Counted from the stretch's first letter, positions 40,701 to 50,387 are shown. The stretch is DNA of 64,000 bases from Bacteroidales bacterium (GCA_016936815.1 JAFGXD010000029.1:482-64481), one strand, 5' to 3'. The notes: a model not told the origin generated them from the letters alone. A program made the numbers and translations.

Positions 40701-41999
40701 TGGAAACTTCTTTATTTAAAAGAATTTGGAGAAGGATTTAAACAAAATCTTTCTGATACAAATTATTGGAAAAAAATATATAATGTGCCCGATGAAACTA
40801 TTTGGGATATAAGACTTTATCAAAGATTTAAGCTTATTGAATATGTAAGAAATCGTGTGAGAAGAAATTGGGTTAGGCGCTACGAAAACCCAAAAAATAT
40901 TGTAGAAGTAATAAATAATATTGATGAAAATGCCTTAACCATTGGTTTTGCAAGACGTTTTGCTACCTATAAACGTGCTCATCTACTTTTTAGAAATATT
41001 GACCGATTATCGGCAATTCTTAATAATCCAAATAAACCTGTTCAGATAATTTTTGCCGGAAAAGCACATCCTAACGATAAAGCCGGTCAGGATTTAATAA
41101 AATATATTGTTGAAATTTCAAAAAGACCAGACTTTTTGGGAAAAATTGTTTTTCTTGAAAATTACGATATAGAGCTTGCGAGAAAAATGGTGCAAGGTGT
41201 TGATATTTGGATGAATACCCCAACAAGACCACTTGAGGCATCAGGTACCTCAGGAATGAAAGCCGTTATGAATGGAGCATTACATTTTTCTGTTCTCGAT
41301 GGTTGGTGGGTTGAAGGGTACATGAAAGAAGCCGGCTGGGCATTACCGGAAGAAAGAACTTACGAAAATCAGGATTTTCAAGACGAACTTGATGCGGAAA
41401 CAATTTATTCAATGCTTGAAAATGAAATAGTACCTCTTTATTATAAACGCAATGAAAAAGGAATTCCAACAGACTGGGTGAAATTTGTAAAAAATAGTAT
41501 TGCCAACGTAGCACCAAAATTTACAACCAAAAGAATGATGGATGATTATTACTCCAGATTTTATAATAAGTTGTATACTAGATCATTGGAAATGAAAAAG
41601 AATGATTATCAAATGGCTATTGAAATTGCTTCATGGAAAGAATCCATGAAAGAAAAATGGAGCCGGTTGGAAGTTGTTTCTGTGGAAATTCCCGATTACG
41701 AGAAAAATCCTATAAAACTTACAGAAAACTATAGAGGAGAAATTAAAATTAATTTAAATGATATTTCTTCCGAAGAGATTGGTGTAGAATTAGTTGTTGC
41801 CGACAAGGTTACCGATGGAAATGTGAGGCTGTTTAGTAAGTATTCGGCTGAACTAAAAGGTATTGAAGGAACAATTGCAAGTTATTTTATTGAACGTAAC
41901 CCAATGAAACCGGGTACTTTTAATTATTCAATAAGAATATTTGCCAAAAATAGTTTATTACCTTATCAACAAGATTTCCCATTAATAAAATGGGTGTAA
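37761..41999 (+). CDS. glgP: Fusion of GT3 glycogen synthase-like domain and GT35 alpha-glucan phosphorylase
   Basis: N-terminal EVSWEVCNKVGGIHTV and SYYEPWGYTPLE; C-terminal YFSMEYG, GGLGILAGD, ARRFATYKR and EASGTSGMK. Confidence 0.93.
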   Translation: MTKTNQMLPDALFEVSWEVCNKVGGIHTVISTKAIALKEKVKKKHIFIGPDVWRDTKENPEFKEDENILAAWKNKAMEEGLAIRIGHWNIPGNPMVITVDFSSFISQKDEIFARFWEKYKLDSLSGQWDYIEPMLFGYAAARVIESYSRFNLSPNDCIIAQFHEWMTGSGILYLKESMPQIGTVFTTHATVLGRCLAGNGMPLYDKLPDYNGEFIARDLGVVAKYSLEKISGEQADVFTTVSDITANECKFLLDKEVDLVTPNGFENSFVPEAGEFEKKASEARKLLMKVASALTGNEISKDAVILGTSGRYEFTNKGYDLFIDALGSLNKNENLEKEILAFILVPANNYGPRKQLVNKLADCGNTDQIEGNVLTHNLHDADYDPILNRIRDKGLFNKLNDKVKVIFVPSYLNGDDGIFDLKYWDLLIGLDLTVFASYYEPWGYTPLESVAFGVPTITTTLAGFGKWMQKELGENHDAVFVINRTDSNAGEVVNAIADKILKCSKRPLIDKIKINELAKTAGSHALWVNLVDYYIKAYHLALEKVSERKSIFAPIPLLTAEQKIIPSNTNIPNWRKVEVLTSLPECFAGLNEIARNLWWCWSFNAMDLFKLIDIDLWREKKYNPIAFLEDLPAIRLKELETDDIFVSKYNEVYSEYKAYMQEKQNKKSPKIAYFSMEYGMHDNVKIFSGGLGILAGDYLKEASDQNVDMVGVGLLYRYGYFKQTLTVNGEQQTTLIPQDFTKMPLEPLRDKDGNILIVNVKFPGRNVYIKVWKLLVGRIDLLLLDTDHDLNQEADRKISHQLYGGGNENRFMQEMVLGIGGIRVLSALDIRPDVYHCNEGHAAFIGLERLRMLRTKRNLKFNEALEIIRASTLFTTHTPVPAGHDMFEEDLMRIYMAHYPERLKITWEEMMSLGKLHPGDKFSMSNLAVHVSQEVNGVSWLHGEVSKEMFTDLWPGYFPEESPIGFVTNGVHFDTWTAKAWKLLYLKEFGEGFKQNLSDTNYWKKIYNVPDETIWDIRLYQRFKLIEYVRNRVRRNWVRRYENPKNIVEVINNIDENALTIGFARRFATYKRAHLLFRNIDRLSAILNNPNKPVQIIFAGKAHPNDKAGQDLIKYIVEISKRPDFLGKIVFLENYDIELARKMVQGVDIWMNTPTRPLEASGTSGMKAVMNGALHFSVLDGWWVEGYMKEAGWALPEERTYENQDFQDELDAETIYSMLENEIVPLYYKRNEKGIPTDWVKFVKNSIANVAPKFTTKRMMDDYYSRFYNKLYTRSLEMKKNDYQMAIEIASWKESMKEKWSRLEVVSVEIPDYEKNPIKLTENYRGEIKINLNDISSEEIGVELVVADKVTDGNVRLFSKYSAELKGIEGTIASYFIERNPMKPGTFNYSIRIFAKNSLLPYQQDFPLIKWV

Positions 42000-42007
42000 A
42001 AAAGCAT

Positions 42008-42043
42008 AAAAAAAACCGCACAAATCAATGTGCGGTTTTTTTT
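42008..42043. terminator. Bidirectional Rho-independent terminator
   Basis: A8-CCGCACA-loop-TGTGCGG-T8 between convergent glgP and rplI. Confidence 0.9.
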
Positions 42044-42055
42044 ATATTAATACTT

Positions 42056-42508
42056 TTATTCGGAAACAACCTCAAAAGATATTTCGGCTGAAACCTCACT
42101 TTTGTAAAGTTTAACATGAGCTTTGTAAGTACCGACTTCTTTAATATTTTCGTCTTTTACGGAAATGTTTTTTCGGTCTAATTCAAAACCAAAGTCTTCC
42201 TTAATTTTTTCAGCAATTTGAATATTGGTTACAGAACCGAATATTTTTCCGGTAGTACTAGTCTTTGCACCAATTTTTAGAGTAATTCCATTAAGCTTTC
42301 CGGCCAAAGCAATTGCCTCATTCTTAATTTTTTCTTCTTTATGCGCACGTTGACGTACGTTCTCGGAATGCACTTTCTTTGCACTTGCAGTTGCCAAAGT
42401 GGCGTAACCTTGTGGAATAAGGTAGTTTCGTCCATAACCCGGCTTAACATCAACGATTTCGTCTTTGTGACCAATTCCGGGCATATCTTGTTTTAGAATA
42501 ATTTCCAT
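42056..42508 (-). CDS. rplI: 50S ribosomal protein L9
   Basis: VKPGYGRNYLIPQG and GKIFGSVT motifs. Confidence 0.98.
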   Translation of the reverse strand: MEIILKQDMPGIGHKDEIVDVKPGYGRNYLIPQGYATLATASAKKVHSENVRQRAHKEEKIKNEAIALAGKLNGITLKIGAKTSTTGKIFGSVTNIQIAEKIKEDFGFELDRKNISVKDENIKEVGTYKAHVKLYKSEVSAEISFEVVSE

Positions 42509-42525
42509 TTCTTTTCCTCCGTTTT

Positions 42526-42801
42526 TTATTTCAACATATCGGTTACGTATGGTAGCAAGGCTATGTGTCTGGCTCTCTTAATGGCAGTTGACACTTTTCT
42601 TTGGTATTTCAAAGAAGTTCCTGTAATTCTTCTTGGAAGAATTTTCCCTTGTTCATTAAGGAATTTCTTTAAGAATTCGCCGTCTTTATAATCGATAAAT
42701 CTAATTTTGTTTTTCTTAAACCTACAGTATTTTTTCTTCTTAATCTCCACAGTTGGAGGAGTTAAATACCTAATTTCTGATTGTGATTGTGCTACTGCCA
42801 T
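42526..42801 (-). CDS. rpsR: 30S ribosomal protein S18
   Basis: [15 protein letters not shown] and AIKRAR..ALLPY motifs. Confidence 0.98.
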   Translation of the reverse strand: MAVAQSQSEIRYLTPPTVEIKKKKYCRFKKNKIRFIDYKDGEFLKKFLNEQGKILPRRITGTSLKYQRKVSTAIKRARHIALLPYVTDMLK

Positions 42802-42802
42802 G

Positions 42803-43150
42803 TTATACCTCCTTTACTTCTGCTTTCATTTTACGTTTTTTCTCAGAATAAGCAACTGCAAATTTGTCCATGCTTACTGTTAAGAATCGAATAATTCGCT
42901 CATCGCGACGGTAGTTCACTTCCAGCCTGTTAATAATACTTGTGTCGGCTCGAAATTCTAATAGGTAATAAAATCCTGTAGATTTCTTTTGAATAGGGTA
43001 GGCGAGTTTCCTTAAACCCCAATTCTCTTCGTGTACAATTTCAGCTCCTTCGGCAACAAGGTAGCTTTTAAATTTCTCTACCACCTCCTTCATCTGTGCC
43101 TCAGACAAAACGGGAGTTAGAATGAAGGTGGTTTCATACTGGTTAATCAT
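42803..43150 (-). CDS. rpsF: 30S ribosomal protein S6
   Basis: YET.FIL.P and [10 protein letters not shown] motifs; rpsF-rpsR-rplI synteny. Confidence 0.98.
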   Translation of the reverse strand: MINQYETTFILTPVLSEAQMKEVVEKFKSYLVAEGAEIVHEENWGLRKLAYPIQKKSTGFYYLLEFRADTSIINRLEVNYRRDERIIRFLTVSMDKFAVAYSEKKRKMKAEVKEV

Positions 43151-43189
43151 ATTTAATTTGTTTAGTTAAAAAAAATAAATTTTGGCCTG

Positions 43190-43197
43190 CAAAAGTA
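43190..43197 (-). promoter_or_regulatory. -7 box TACTTTTG for the rpsF operon
   Basis: TAnnTTTG consensus about 40 nt upstream of rpsF. Confidence 0.6.
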
Positions 43198-43305
43198 TAA
43201 AAAAACTATTATTTATCAAATATTTGACAGTCTTATTTGTAAAAATTTGCTTTATTTTTTTTAAAACTGTTAACAACTCTTTTATGAAATGTTGTTTTAC
43301 TGTAT

Positions 43306-43313
43306 TATCTTTG
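43306..43313 (+). promoter_or_regulatory. -7 box TATCTTTG for dnaX
   Basis: TAnnTTTG consensus about 30 nt upstream of the ATG. Confidence 0.55.
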
Positions 43314-43342
43314 GTTTAAATTTTTTTAATTTTTTTTATTAA

Positions 43343-45091
43343 ATGGATAATTTTGTTGTTTCGGCTCGTAAATACAGACCAGCCTCTTTCGATATGGTGG
43401 TAGGGCAAAAGGCACTTACTGCAACCTTGAAAAATTCCATTAAAAACAACCATTTGGCTCACGCTTATTTATTTTGCGGTCCAAGAGGGGTTGGAAAAAC
43501 TACCTGTGCAAGAATTTTCGCAAAAACAATCAATTGTTCGGCATTAACTCCCGATTACAATGCTTGTGATAAATGCGATTCGTGTGTTTCTTTTAATACT
43601 TCTCGTTCCTTTAATATTCATGAACTTGATGCTGCCTCTAATAATTCTGTAGAAGACATTAGATTGTTAATTGATAAGGTTAGAATTCCCCCTCAAATGG
43701 GAAAATATAGCGTATATATTATTGATGAGGTTCACATGTTATCAGCAGCAGCTTTTAATTCATTTCTTAAAACTCTTGAAGAACCTCCTGCACATGCTAT
43801 TTTTATACTTGCAACTACAGAAAAACATAAAATTATTCCAACAATACTTTCTCGATGCCAAATTTACGATTTTGTTAGAATAAAAATTGAAGATATTGTT
43901 GAACAGCTTCAGTTTGTAGCCAAAAACGAAAATGTTACTGCCGAACCTGAAGCCTTGGGACTTATTGCACAAAAAGCCGATGGAGCTATGCGTGATGCTC
44001 TTTCTATTTTTGATCAGTTGGTTAATTTTTCCGGAGGAAACATTACTTACCAAAATACTCTGGCTAACTTAAATGTCTTAGACTACGACTTTTACTTTAA
44101 CTTAACAGATTGTTTTCTAAATTCTGATGTAAAAAAAGCACTATTAATTTTTAATGAAATTCTTGACAAGGGCTTTGATGGACAGCATTTTATTTCCGGA
44201 TTAGGAAGCCATTTTAGAGATTTGCTTGTTTGCAAAGATGAAGCAACTGTTCAGCTATTAGAGGTTGGAGCATCAATTAAACAGAAATATCTAAATCAAG
44301 CAGCCGCTTGTGAGCAAACTTTTCTTTACCAGGCAATGAAAATTGCTAACGAATGCAACATTAATTATAAATTAAGCCAAAATAAAAGGTTTCATGTAGA
44401 GCTTTCTCTTTTAAAACTTTCATATATTATGGAAGAAAAAAAAAAGCCTGATAATATAGAAGTGCCTGTTGTCCCAGAAAAAAAAACTTCTGAACCAACA
44501 ATTATAAAACCTGATGATAAACAGATTATTGCAACTGAAAATAAGCAAGTTGAGGTTAATCTTGGGCAAGATAAAGCTTCTGATAATGACTCCGTTATAC
44601 AAAGACAGGTGGAAAATGTTACCCCTAGTATTTCTATTAATCAGCTAATTAAAAATAGTGAGGAAGAAAAGAAAAAGGAAGAAAGCTTGGTTGCAAATTC
44701 AATTGAAAAAAAGTTAACGCTTTTTGATAATGAACAACTTATTGATAATCTAAAAAGTTTTTCTTCACAATTTGAAAAAACTAAACCAAGACTTTTTAAT
44801 GCGCTTACCTCTTGCTCACCAACCCTGCTCGATGATTTTGCTGTGGAAGTTTCTTTTATTAACGATTTGCAAGAAAGTATTTTTAATGATGTAAAATTTG
44901 ATTTTCTTGAATTTTTGAAAGAGAATCTCCACAATAACCAGATTTCTATTGTAACTAAAATTGAGTCTAAACTAGATGATAAGCAGTTGGTTAACAGGCT
45001 TTACACCGACGATGATAAATTCAAATTTATGTGTACTCAAAATCCTGATCTAGCTGTAATGAAAGATGTGTTTAAACTGGATTTTTGTTAA
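43343..45091 (+). CDS. dnaX: DNA polymerase III subunit gamma/tau
   Basis: ARKYRP, GPRGVGKTT, ELDAASNN, IIDEVHMLS and SRC motifs. Confidence 0.97.
   Translation: MDNFVVSARKYRPASFDMVVGQKALTATLKNSIKNNHLAHAYLFCGPRGVGKTTCARIFAKTINCSALTPDYNACDKCDSCVSFNTSRSFNIHELDAASNNSVEDIRLLIDKVRIPPQMGKYSVYIIDEVHMLSAAAFNSFLKTLEEPPAHAIFILATTEKHKIIPTILSRCQIYDFVRIKIEDIVEQLQFVAKNENVTAEPEALGLIAQKADGAMRDALSIFDQLVNFSGGNITYQNTLANLNVLDYDFYFNLTDCFLNSDVKKALLIFNEILDKGFDGQHFISGLGSHFRDLLVCKDEATVQLLEVGASIKQKYLNQAAACEQTFLYQAMKIANECNINYKLSQNKRFHVELSLLKLSYIMEEKKKPDNIEVPVVPEKKTSEPTIIKPDDKQIIATENKQVEVNLGQDKASDNDSVIQRQVENVTPSISINQLIKNSEEEKKKEESLVANSIEKKLTLFDNEQLIDNLKSFSSQFEKTKPRLFNALTSCSPTLLDDFAVEVSFINDLQESIFNDVKFDFLEFLKENLHNNQISIVTKIESKLDDKQLVNRLYTDDDKFKFMCTQNPDLAVMKDVFKLDFC
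44436..44459 (+). other. Candidate slippage / programmed frameshift site in dnaX
   Basis: A10 run followed by G, containing A-AAA-AAG. TGA in the -1 frame at 44449 and TAG in the +1 frame at 44457. Confidence 0.6.
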
Positions 45092-45177
45092 TCTTGCACT
45101 TTTTGTTTTGTATGATTAATAAATATTGAGAATACGTAATAAATCTGAATTATTTTGAATGTTTTACTTAGCTGTAA

Positions 45178-46527
45178 TTGGAAATAATTATTAAATTTGT
45201 TAAAAAATATCAATTGCAAAACGCCAAAATAAATAAAACTTTAAACCGTATTGTTGGTGAAGAGCCTGAATTTACTCTTGAACACAGATTCTTTAATAGT
45301 GTTTGTTTTTTTACTTTTCTGTTAGGAATTATTTCAACAGTTTTTAATATTCTGGCCGGCTTAGATTTGATTCTTGTTCTTTCGGTTTTTGTGGGGAGTT
45401 TTGTGTTATTGATTTTATTGTTTTTGTCGAAAACTATTCTTAAACAAAATTTCAGGCTATTAGTTTGGATAATGATGATTGTTGCATTTTTTGTTATGCC
45501 AGTTATTTGGTTTTCGAATGCAGGATCCGAAGGTTCAATTTTTCTTACATATTTTGTTCTGTTAGGTATTTTTTCAGTAATAGCTAAGGGAAAGGAGGTT
45601 TATTTATTTCCGGCAATAATTATTATTAATTTTGTTGTTGTTTACCTTCTTGAAAAAGAAATGCCCCAAATTATTACTCCATATGAATCTGAGGGACAAC
45701 GTTATTATGATGTAATGTATACAGCTCTAAGCAGTATGATTCTTTTGGTTGTGATTATTAACTTTATAATGAGGAAATTTCATCAGGAGAAAATGAAGGC
45801 CGAGGAAGCAAATTCATTAAAATCAGCTTTTCTTGCCAATATGAGTCATGAAATACGATCACCAATGAATAGTATTCTCGGGTTCTCTGAGTTATTGGGG
45901 GAGGAAGAATTATCTGATGAAAAAAGAAAAGAGTATGTGTCAATTATTAGACAAAATGGTAAACAATTAATGCACATTATCAACGATATTATTGACATTT
46001 CCAAGATTGAGGCAGGTCAAATTACCCTTAAAGAAAGTTTTGTTTCCTTAAATATCTTAATTGATGAACTTGAAAATTTTGTAAAAATAAACGAAAAGTT
46101 TCGTGCAAAACCAAATCTATTTGTTAAAACAAATAAAGGTTTAGACGATTTACATTGTATTGTTAAGGCTGATCAAACAAGATTGAGTCAAGTGCTTAGA
46201 AATCTTCTCGATAATGCTCTTAAGTTTACAAATGAAGGAGAAATTAATTTCGGATATAAGCTATTACAACAAGAAAAGCAAATAGAGTTTTATGTAAGAG
46301 ACAGCGGTACAGGTATTGCGGAAAGTAAAAAGCAATTGGTTTTTGAAAGATTTAGGCAAGCTGATGACTCTATATCTAAAAAGTATCAAGGAGCCGGAAT
46401 AGGTCTATCAATCTCAAAAGGATTGGTTGAACTCATGGGTGGAAAAATACGATTTGAATCTACAGAAGGTGTGGGAACAAGTTTTTATTTTACTCTTCCT
46501 TTCATAAACATGTTGAAAAATAATTGA
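45178..46527 (+). CDS. Membrane sensor histidine kinase (HisKA + HATPase_c); start codon uncertain
   Basis: About six TM segments; FLANMSHEIRSPMN, NLLDNALKFT, DSGTGI and GAGIGL motifs. Confidence 0.92.
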   Translation: MEIIIKFVKKYQLQNAKINKTLNRIVGEEPEFTLEHRFFNSVCFFTFLLGIISTVFNILAGLDLILVLSVFVGSFVLLILLFLSKTILKQNFRLLVWIMMIVAFFVMPVIWFSNAGSEGSIFLTYFVLLGIFSVIAKGKEVYLFPAIIIINFVVVYLLEKEMPQIITPYESEGQRYYDVMYTALSSMILLVVIINFIMRKFHQEKMKAEEANSLKSAFLANMSHEIRSPMNSILGFSELLGEEELSDEKRKEYVSIIRQNGKQLMHIINDIIDISKIEAGQITLKESFVSLNILIDELENFVKINEKFRAKPNLFVKTNKGLDDLHCIVKADQTRLSQVLRNLLDNALKFTNEGEINFGYKLLQQEKQIEFYVRDSGTGIAESKKQLVFERFRQADDSISKKYQGAGIGLSISKGLVELMGGKIRFESTEGVGTSFYFTLPFINMLKNN

Positions 46528-46671
46528 GGTATTATCACAATCTTTTTCTTTAAGCTGTTGTAAATTAATTTGATATAATATTTTATTGCAAAACAGACCA
46601 AAATACTTTTTTATAAAACTAAAAATTACTACTTTGCTTGCAATTAAGTAAACAGAAAAATTGATTAACAG

Positions 46672-49101
46672 ATGAAAATTTTTTCCTTAAGAAAAGTCCT
46701 TTCTTTTTCAATATTATTTTTAATTTTATTTAATGTAAGTGCTCAAATATCAGATAGTTCTAAGTATAAGGCCGAGTATTTTCAATCTATTGATCCCTTA
46801 GACTTTCAAACAGAAAGATTTTCTGAAGTATTGCTTTTAGAGATCAACAAATACAGGAAATCGCAAGGTGTTGACACTTTAGAGACTCTGCAATGTCTTC
46901 AGCATGCTGCCGAAGATCAAGCTTTATATAATGCTACTTTTCAAAAAACTGATGTTATTCAGCCACAGGGAAAAAAGAAGGATACCGGAACACGAGTGGT
47001 TTATTATGGGGGCTCCAAAAATGCTGTTGAATTAGTTGATAAAGCAAATCTAAAAATGGGTTCTGAGTTTTTAAACTATCAAAAGGCTGCGGAAGAAATA
47101 GTTTTCAAGTTAAAAACTAATCCTAAAAAGGAAGCTCTGCTTGTTAAGGCTGATGCCGTGTTTGTTGGCATTGGAGGTTCTGTAGATGCTGATGGAAAAA
47201 AACTCTTTTTCTCAATTGTGTTAGGAGATTACAGTTCACTTAATGAAGGTGCAAATAGAAGAAATGAGCTTGATATTCCATTTTCACCAAAAAGGTTTGG
47301 ATTATTCCCCTATGATGAAAAAGCATGCAAAAAGTGTTTGGCGTACAAAGGATTAACTGAATTCCAAAAAGGACTTTATACAAAAGATGGTAAAGTATAT
47401 TTTAAAACTTCAAATTACAAGGACTTATCTAAATTCATGAGAAATTCAAAAGATGGTATTGGTGTAGACTTTGTTCAAAAAGAACAGTATCCTTGTATTG
47501 GCGACAATATTATTGATCAAAATCTGGTTAATAAGGGGGTGATGATAAAGCCAATTTGGTCGTCGAAATTTGAGAAGAAGAATTTGGTGCAGGGAAAAAA
47601 AGAAAGAAAAAAAATGTTGGAAGTTTGTATTGGTAAAATTCCTAAAGCTTTTCTTAATTTAGATCCATCTGAATATGAAATGAATTTGGTTTTTATTCAG
47701 GATAAATATGTTTGTAAAAACATTTCCCCGGCTTATGTTGAAATGGCCGGCCTTGAGTATAATAACCAGTTGCAATTACTTGCAGATACTGTTACTCCAG
47801 CTCATGAAACACCATATTCTCCTAGTGCAACCAGTTCAAATCTAAGTTTTAGAATTCCTTTCGAAAAAGCAAAATCAAATTACAAGCCTGAAGATATGTT
47901 TCCATTTATTAAGGCCTTAAAAGAACCGGACTTTAGAATTGATGAGTTAAATATTTTTGCATACTCTTCAATTGAGGGCACAGATGAAGTTAATGAAAGT
48001 TTGCAAAAACGACGGGCAGAGAGTATTCAAAATGCCCTAAAATCAAGACAAAAAGGAGATATAATATCAAATATTTCTACCGACCAAAACTGGACAGATT
48101 TTCAAAGTGATGTTGCCGGAACTGAATTTAGTAATCTTGCTAATGGAACAGTTGAAGAGGCTCAACAGAAAATAAGAGAACAAAAATTGGAAAAGAAATT
48201 AGAGCCAATTCTAAAAAATCATAGATATGCCAGAATAGATATGAAAGTTACTTATGAAATTGAAGGAGATAAGGAACAGGCTTATGTGGTAAAAATGTTT
48301 AATGATGCTGTAAAATCATACGATTATGATAAAGCCTTGAAAATTCAGAAATACTTATTTAAGAAAGTAGTTGAAAAAAAATACACAAAAGAGGCTGTTT
48401 CCGATATGGATATTCCTGAACAACAGGCTACTGCCGGACTATTAATGAATAAACTTTGGCTTGAACAATTTGTTAATGAAGATGATATTAATGACGATTG
48501 TTGTACAAGAATCGATAATCTTAATCAACTCGATGGAGCAAACCAATATATTCTGTTTAATAATCTCCTTTGCAATTTTATTTATTCAAAACTTAAAGAA
48601 GACGAAATACCTGTTATTCAGGGTGCAATTAACTCACTGTATGAAGGTGGATTAGATAAAGGAACAGTTGACCTCTTAAATTTGGAATTTCAATTTACAA
48701 TTATTGATGCCCTTGATACAACAGAAACAGAACATCCTCTTGTAACTGAAAGTCTTGCAAGGGTTAAAGAAATTGTAAATCTAGAGGAATCTAATTGGCA
48801 AAACTCTCTTAAACTTGCTTATATTTTTATTTCCAATGGAGATTATAATTTTGCAGCAAGATTGTTAACGCCTTTTATAAATGAAAAATACGTTTTCGAA
48901 GAAGTTCTGTTTACTTATATAGCTCTTTGTACTAATTTGCCTGAGAGACTTAATACTGCAAGTTTTGTAAATGCAGTAGACAGAGCCTTAAAAATGAATC
49001 CCGATCGTTTCTGTAAACTTATTAAGGATGGAAAACTGACTTTCCAGGTTTTTGGAAATACCAAGGTAAAAGAAAAATATTGTAACCAATGTAAAAACTA
49101 A
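46672..49101 (+). CDS. Large exported hypothetical protein (CAP-like N-terminus, OmpA-like central segment)
   Basis: Signal peptide; EINKYRKSQG...L..AAEDQA (CAP-like); IPFEKAKS...AYSSIEG..EVNESLQKRRAESI (OmpA C-like). Confidence 0.6.
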   Translation: MKIFSLRKVLSFSILFLILFNVSAQISDSSKYKAEYFQSIDPLDFQTERFSEVLLLEINKYRKSQGVDTLETLQCLQHAAEDQALYNATFQKTDVIQPQGKKKDTGTRVVYYGGSKNAVELVDKANLKMGSEFLNYQKAAEEIVFKLKTNPKKEALLVKADAVFVGIGGSVDADGKKLFFSIVLGDYSSLNEGANRRNELDIPFSPKRFGLFPYDEKACKKCLAYKGLTEFQKGLYTKDGKVYFKTSNYKDLSKFMRNSKDGIGVDFVQKEQYPCIGDNIIDQNLVNKGVMIKPIWSSKFEKKNLVQGKKERKKMLEVCIGKIPKAFLNLDPSEYEMNLVFIQDKYVCKNISPAYVEMAGLEYNNQLQLLADTVTPAHETPYSPSATSSNLSFRIPFEKAKSNYKPEDMFPFIKALKEPDFRIDELNIFAYSSIEGTDEVNESLQKRRAESIQNALKSRQKGDIISNISTDQNWTDFQSDVAGTEFSNLANGTVEEAQQKIREQKLEKKLEPILKNHRYARIDMKVTYEIEGDKEQAYVVKMFNDAVKSYDYDKALKIQKYLFKKVVEKKYTKEAVSDMDIPEQQATAGLLMNKLWLEQFVNEDDINDDCCTRIDNLNQLDGANQYILFNNLLCNFIYSKLKEDEIPVIQGAINSLYEGGLDKGTVDLLNLEFQFTIIDALDTTETEHPLVTESLARVKEIVNLEESNWQNSLKLAYIFISNGDYNFAARLLTPFINEKYVFEEVLFTYIALCTNLPERLNTASFVNAVDRALKMNPDRFCKLIKDGKLTFQVFGNTKVKEKYCNQCKN

Positions 49102-49559
49102 TGATAAAGCTAATTCCCCTATTACTAATCTTAATTTTCTGTGGCAATCTTAATGCACAAGTAAAGCCTATAAAAAAGGATTTTGATCTAGAAAAAACTT
49201 TCAATCCTCAGCTTACTGATACTGAAAGGAAAATAATTAAAGAAAACATCAGACAATATTCAGAGCAAATTAGAGAAGACCCATCTAACCCTTATTTGTA
49301 CTTAAACAGGGGTGTTATGTATGCCAATTTGGGTCTTTTTCCGGATGCAATTACTGATTACAATAAAGCAATAGGATTGAAGGATAATTTTGCAGAAGCA
49401 TTCTATAACAGAGGAATTGCGCGTGCAAGATTCATGTTTAACGAGAGAGCCTGTGATGATGTAAAAAAAGCAGCCGATTTAGGTCTTCAGGATGCAAAAG
49501 ACCTTTTTAAACAGCATTGCGGAAGATTTGTTCCCGAAATTGGCGACATCAAAAAATAA
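49101..49559 (+). CDS. Exported TPR-repeat protein
   Basis: YLNRG...AITDYNKAI.L....AEAFYNRG repeats; ACDDVKKAADLG. Confidence 0.85.
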   Translation: MIKLIPLLLILIFCGNLNAQVKPIKKDFDLEKTFNPQLTDTERKIIKENIRQYSEQIREDPSNPYLYLNRGVMYANLGLFPDAITDYNKAIGLKDNFAEAFYNRGIARARFMFNERACDDVKKAADLGLQDAKDLFKQHCGRFVPEIGDIKK

Positions 49560-49568
49560 TAGTTTTTT

Positions 49569-50387
49569 ATGGAAAGAAAAATCCATAATTCTCTACCACT
49601 TTATCATTTTGGCAATTTAAATAGATTTAATGAAATTTTTCATTTTGTTACTTCCAGAGAAGGAGGTTTTAGTACAGGGGTATACTCCTCATTTAATTTG
49701 GGTTATGGAACTAAGGAGCCTGTAGAAATTATTATTAAGAACAGAAAACTACTTGCTGAATCTATTGGCATTAATCCTGAACAATTAGTTTTTCAGTACC
49801 AAATACATTCCGATAAAATTGAATATATTTCTGAATTGCAACATGAGAGAGAATCTTGCGAAAGAGACGCAATGGTTACCGATAAACCCGGTATCTGTTT
49901 ATGTGTTAAGGGTGCCGACTGCGTTCCACTTTTGTTTTACGACAAAGAAAACAGAATTATTGGAGCAGCCCATGCAGGTTGGAAAGGAACACTTTCACAA
50001 ATAGGACGAAAACTTGTTGAAAAAATGATGCAGGAATTTGGTTCTAAACCACAGAATATCTATGTTGGAATTGGCCCATCTATTGGTCCAAAAGATTATG
50101 AAGTAGGTGAAGATGTTGCCGAACAATTTGCTTTTGTTTTTAAATCCAATACTGATTATGTTATGCGGCATCAAAATAAGAAAGTTTTTCTAGATTTTTG
50201 GACAGTTAACAAAATACAAATTACACAATTAGGAGTTCCTGAGGATAATATTGAAATATCGGGAATATCTAGTTTTTCCAATAGCAACATATTTTACTCG
50301 CACAGAAAATCGGGAGGCAAAACAGGAAGATTTGCTGCGGGAATAATGTTAAAAAGTAATATTAATAAAACTAATGCAACCAATTAA
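49569..50387 (+). CDS. pgeF: Peptidoglycan editing factor PgeF / YfiH family
   Basis: QIHS, DAMVT, ADCVPLL, AHAGWKG, IGPSIG and YSHR motifs. Confidence 0.92.
   Translation: MERKIHNSLPLYHFGNLNRFNEIFHFVTSREGGFSTGVYSSFNLGYGTKEPVEIIIKNRKLLAESIGINPEQLVFQYQIHSDKIEYISELQHERESCERDAMVTDKPGICLCVKGADCVPLLFYDKENRIIGAAHAGWKGTLSQIGRKLVEKMMQEFGSKPQNIYVGIGPSIGPKDYEVGEDVAEQFAFVFKSNTDYVMRHQNKKVFLDFWTVNKIQITQLGVPEDNIEISGISSFSNSNIFYSHRKSGGKTGRFAAGIMLKSNINKTNATN

Noticed and set aside
42526-42801. S18 lacking the zinc-binding cysteine set
   Set aside because: This is the usual Bacteroidota form, in the canonical rpsF-rpsR-rplI operon.
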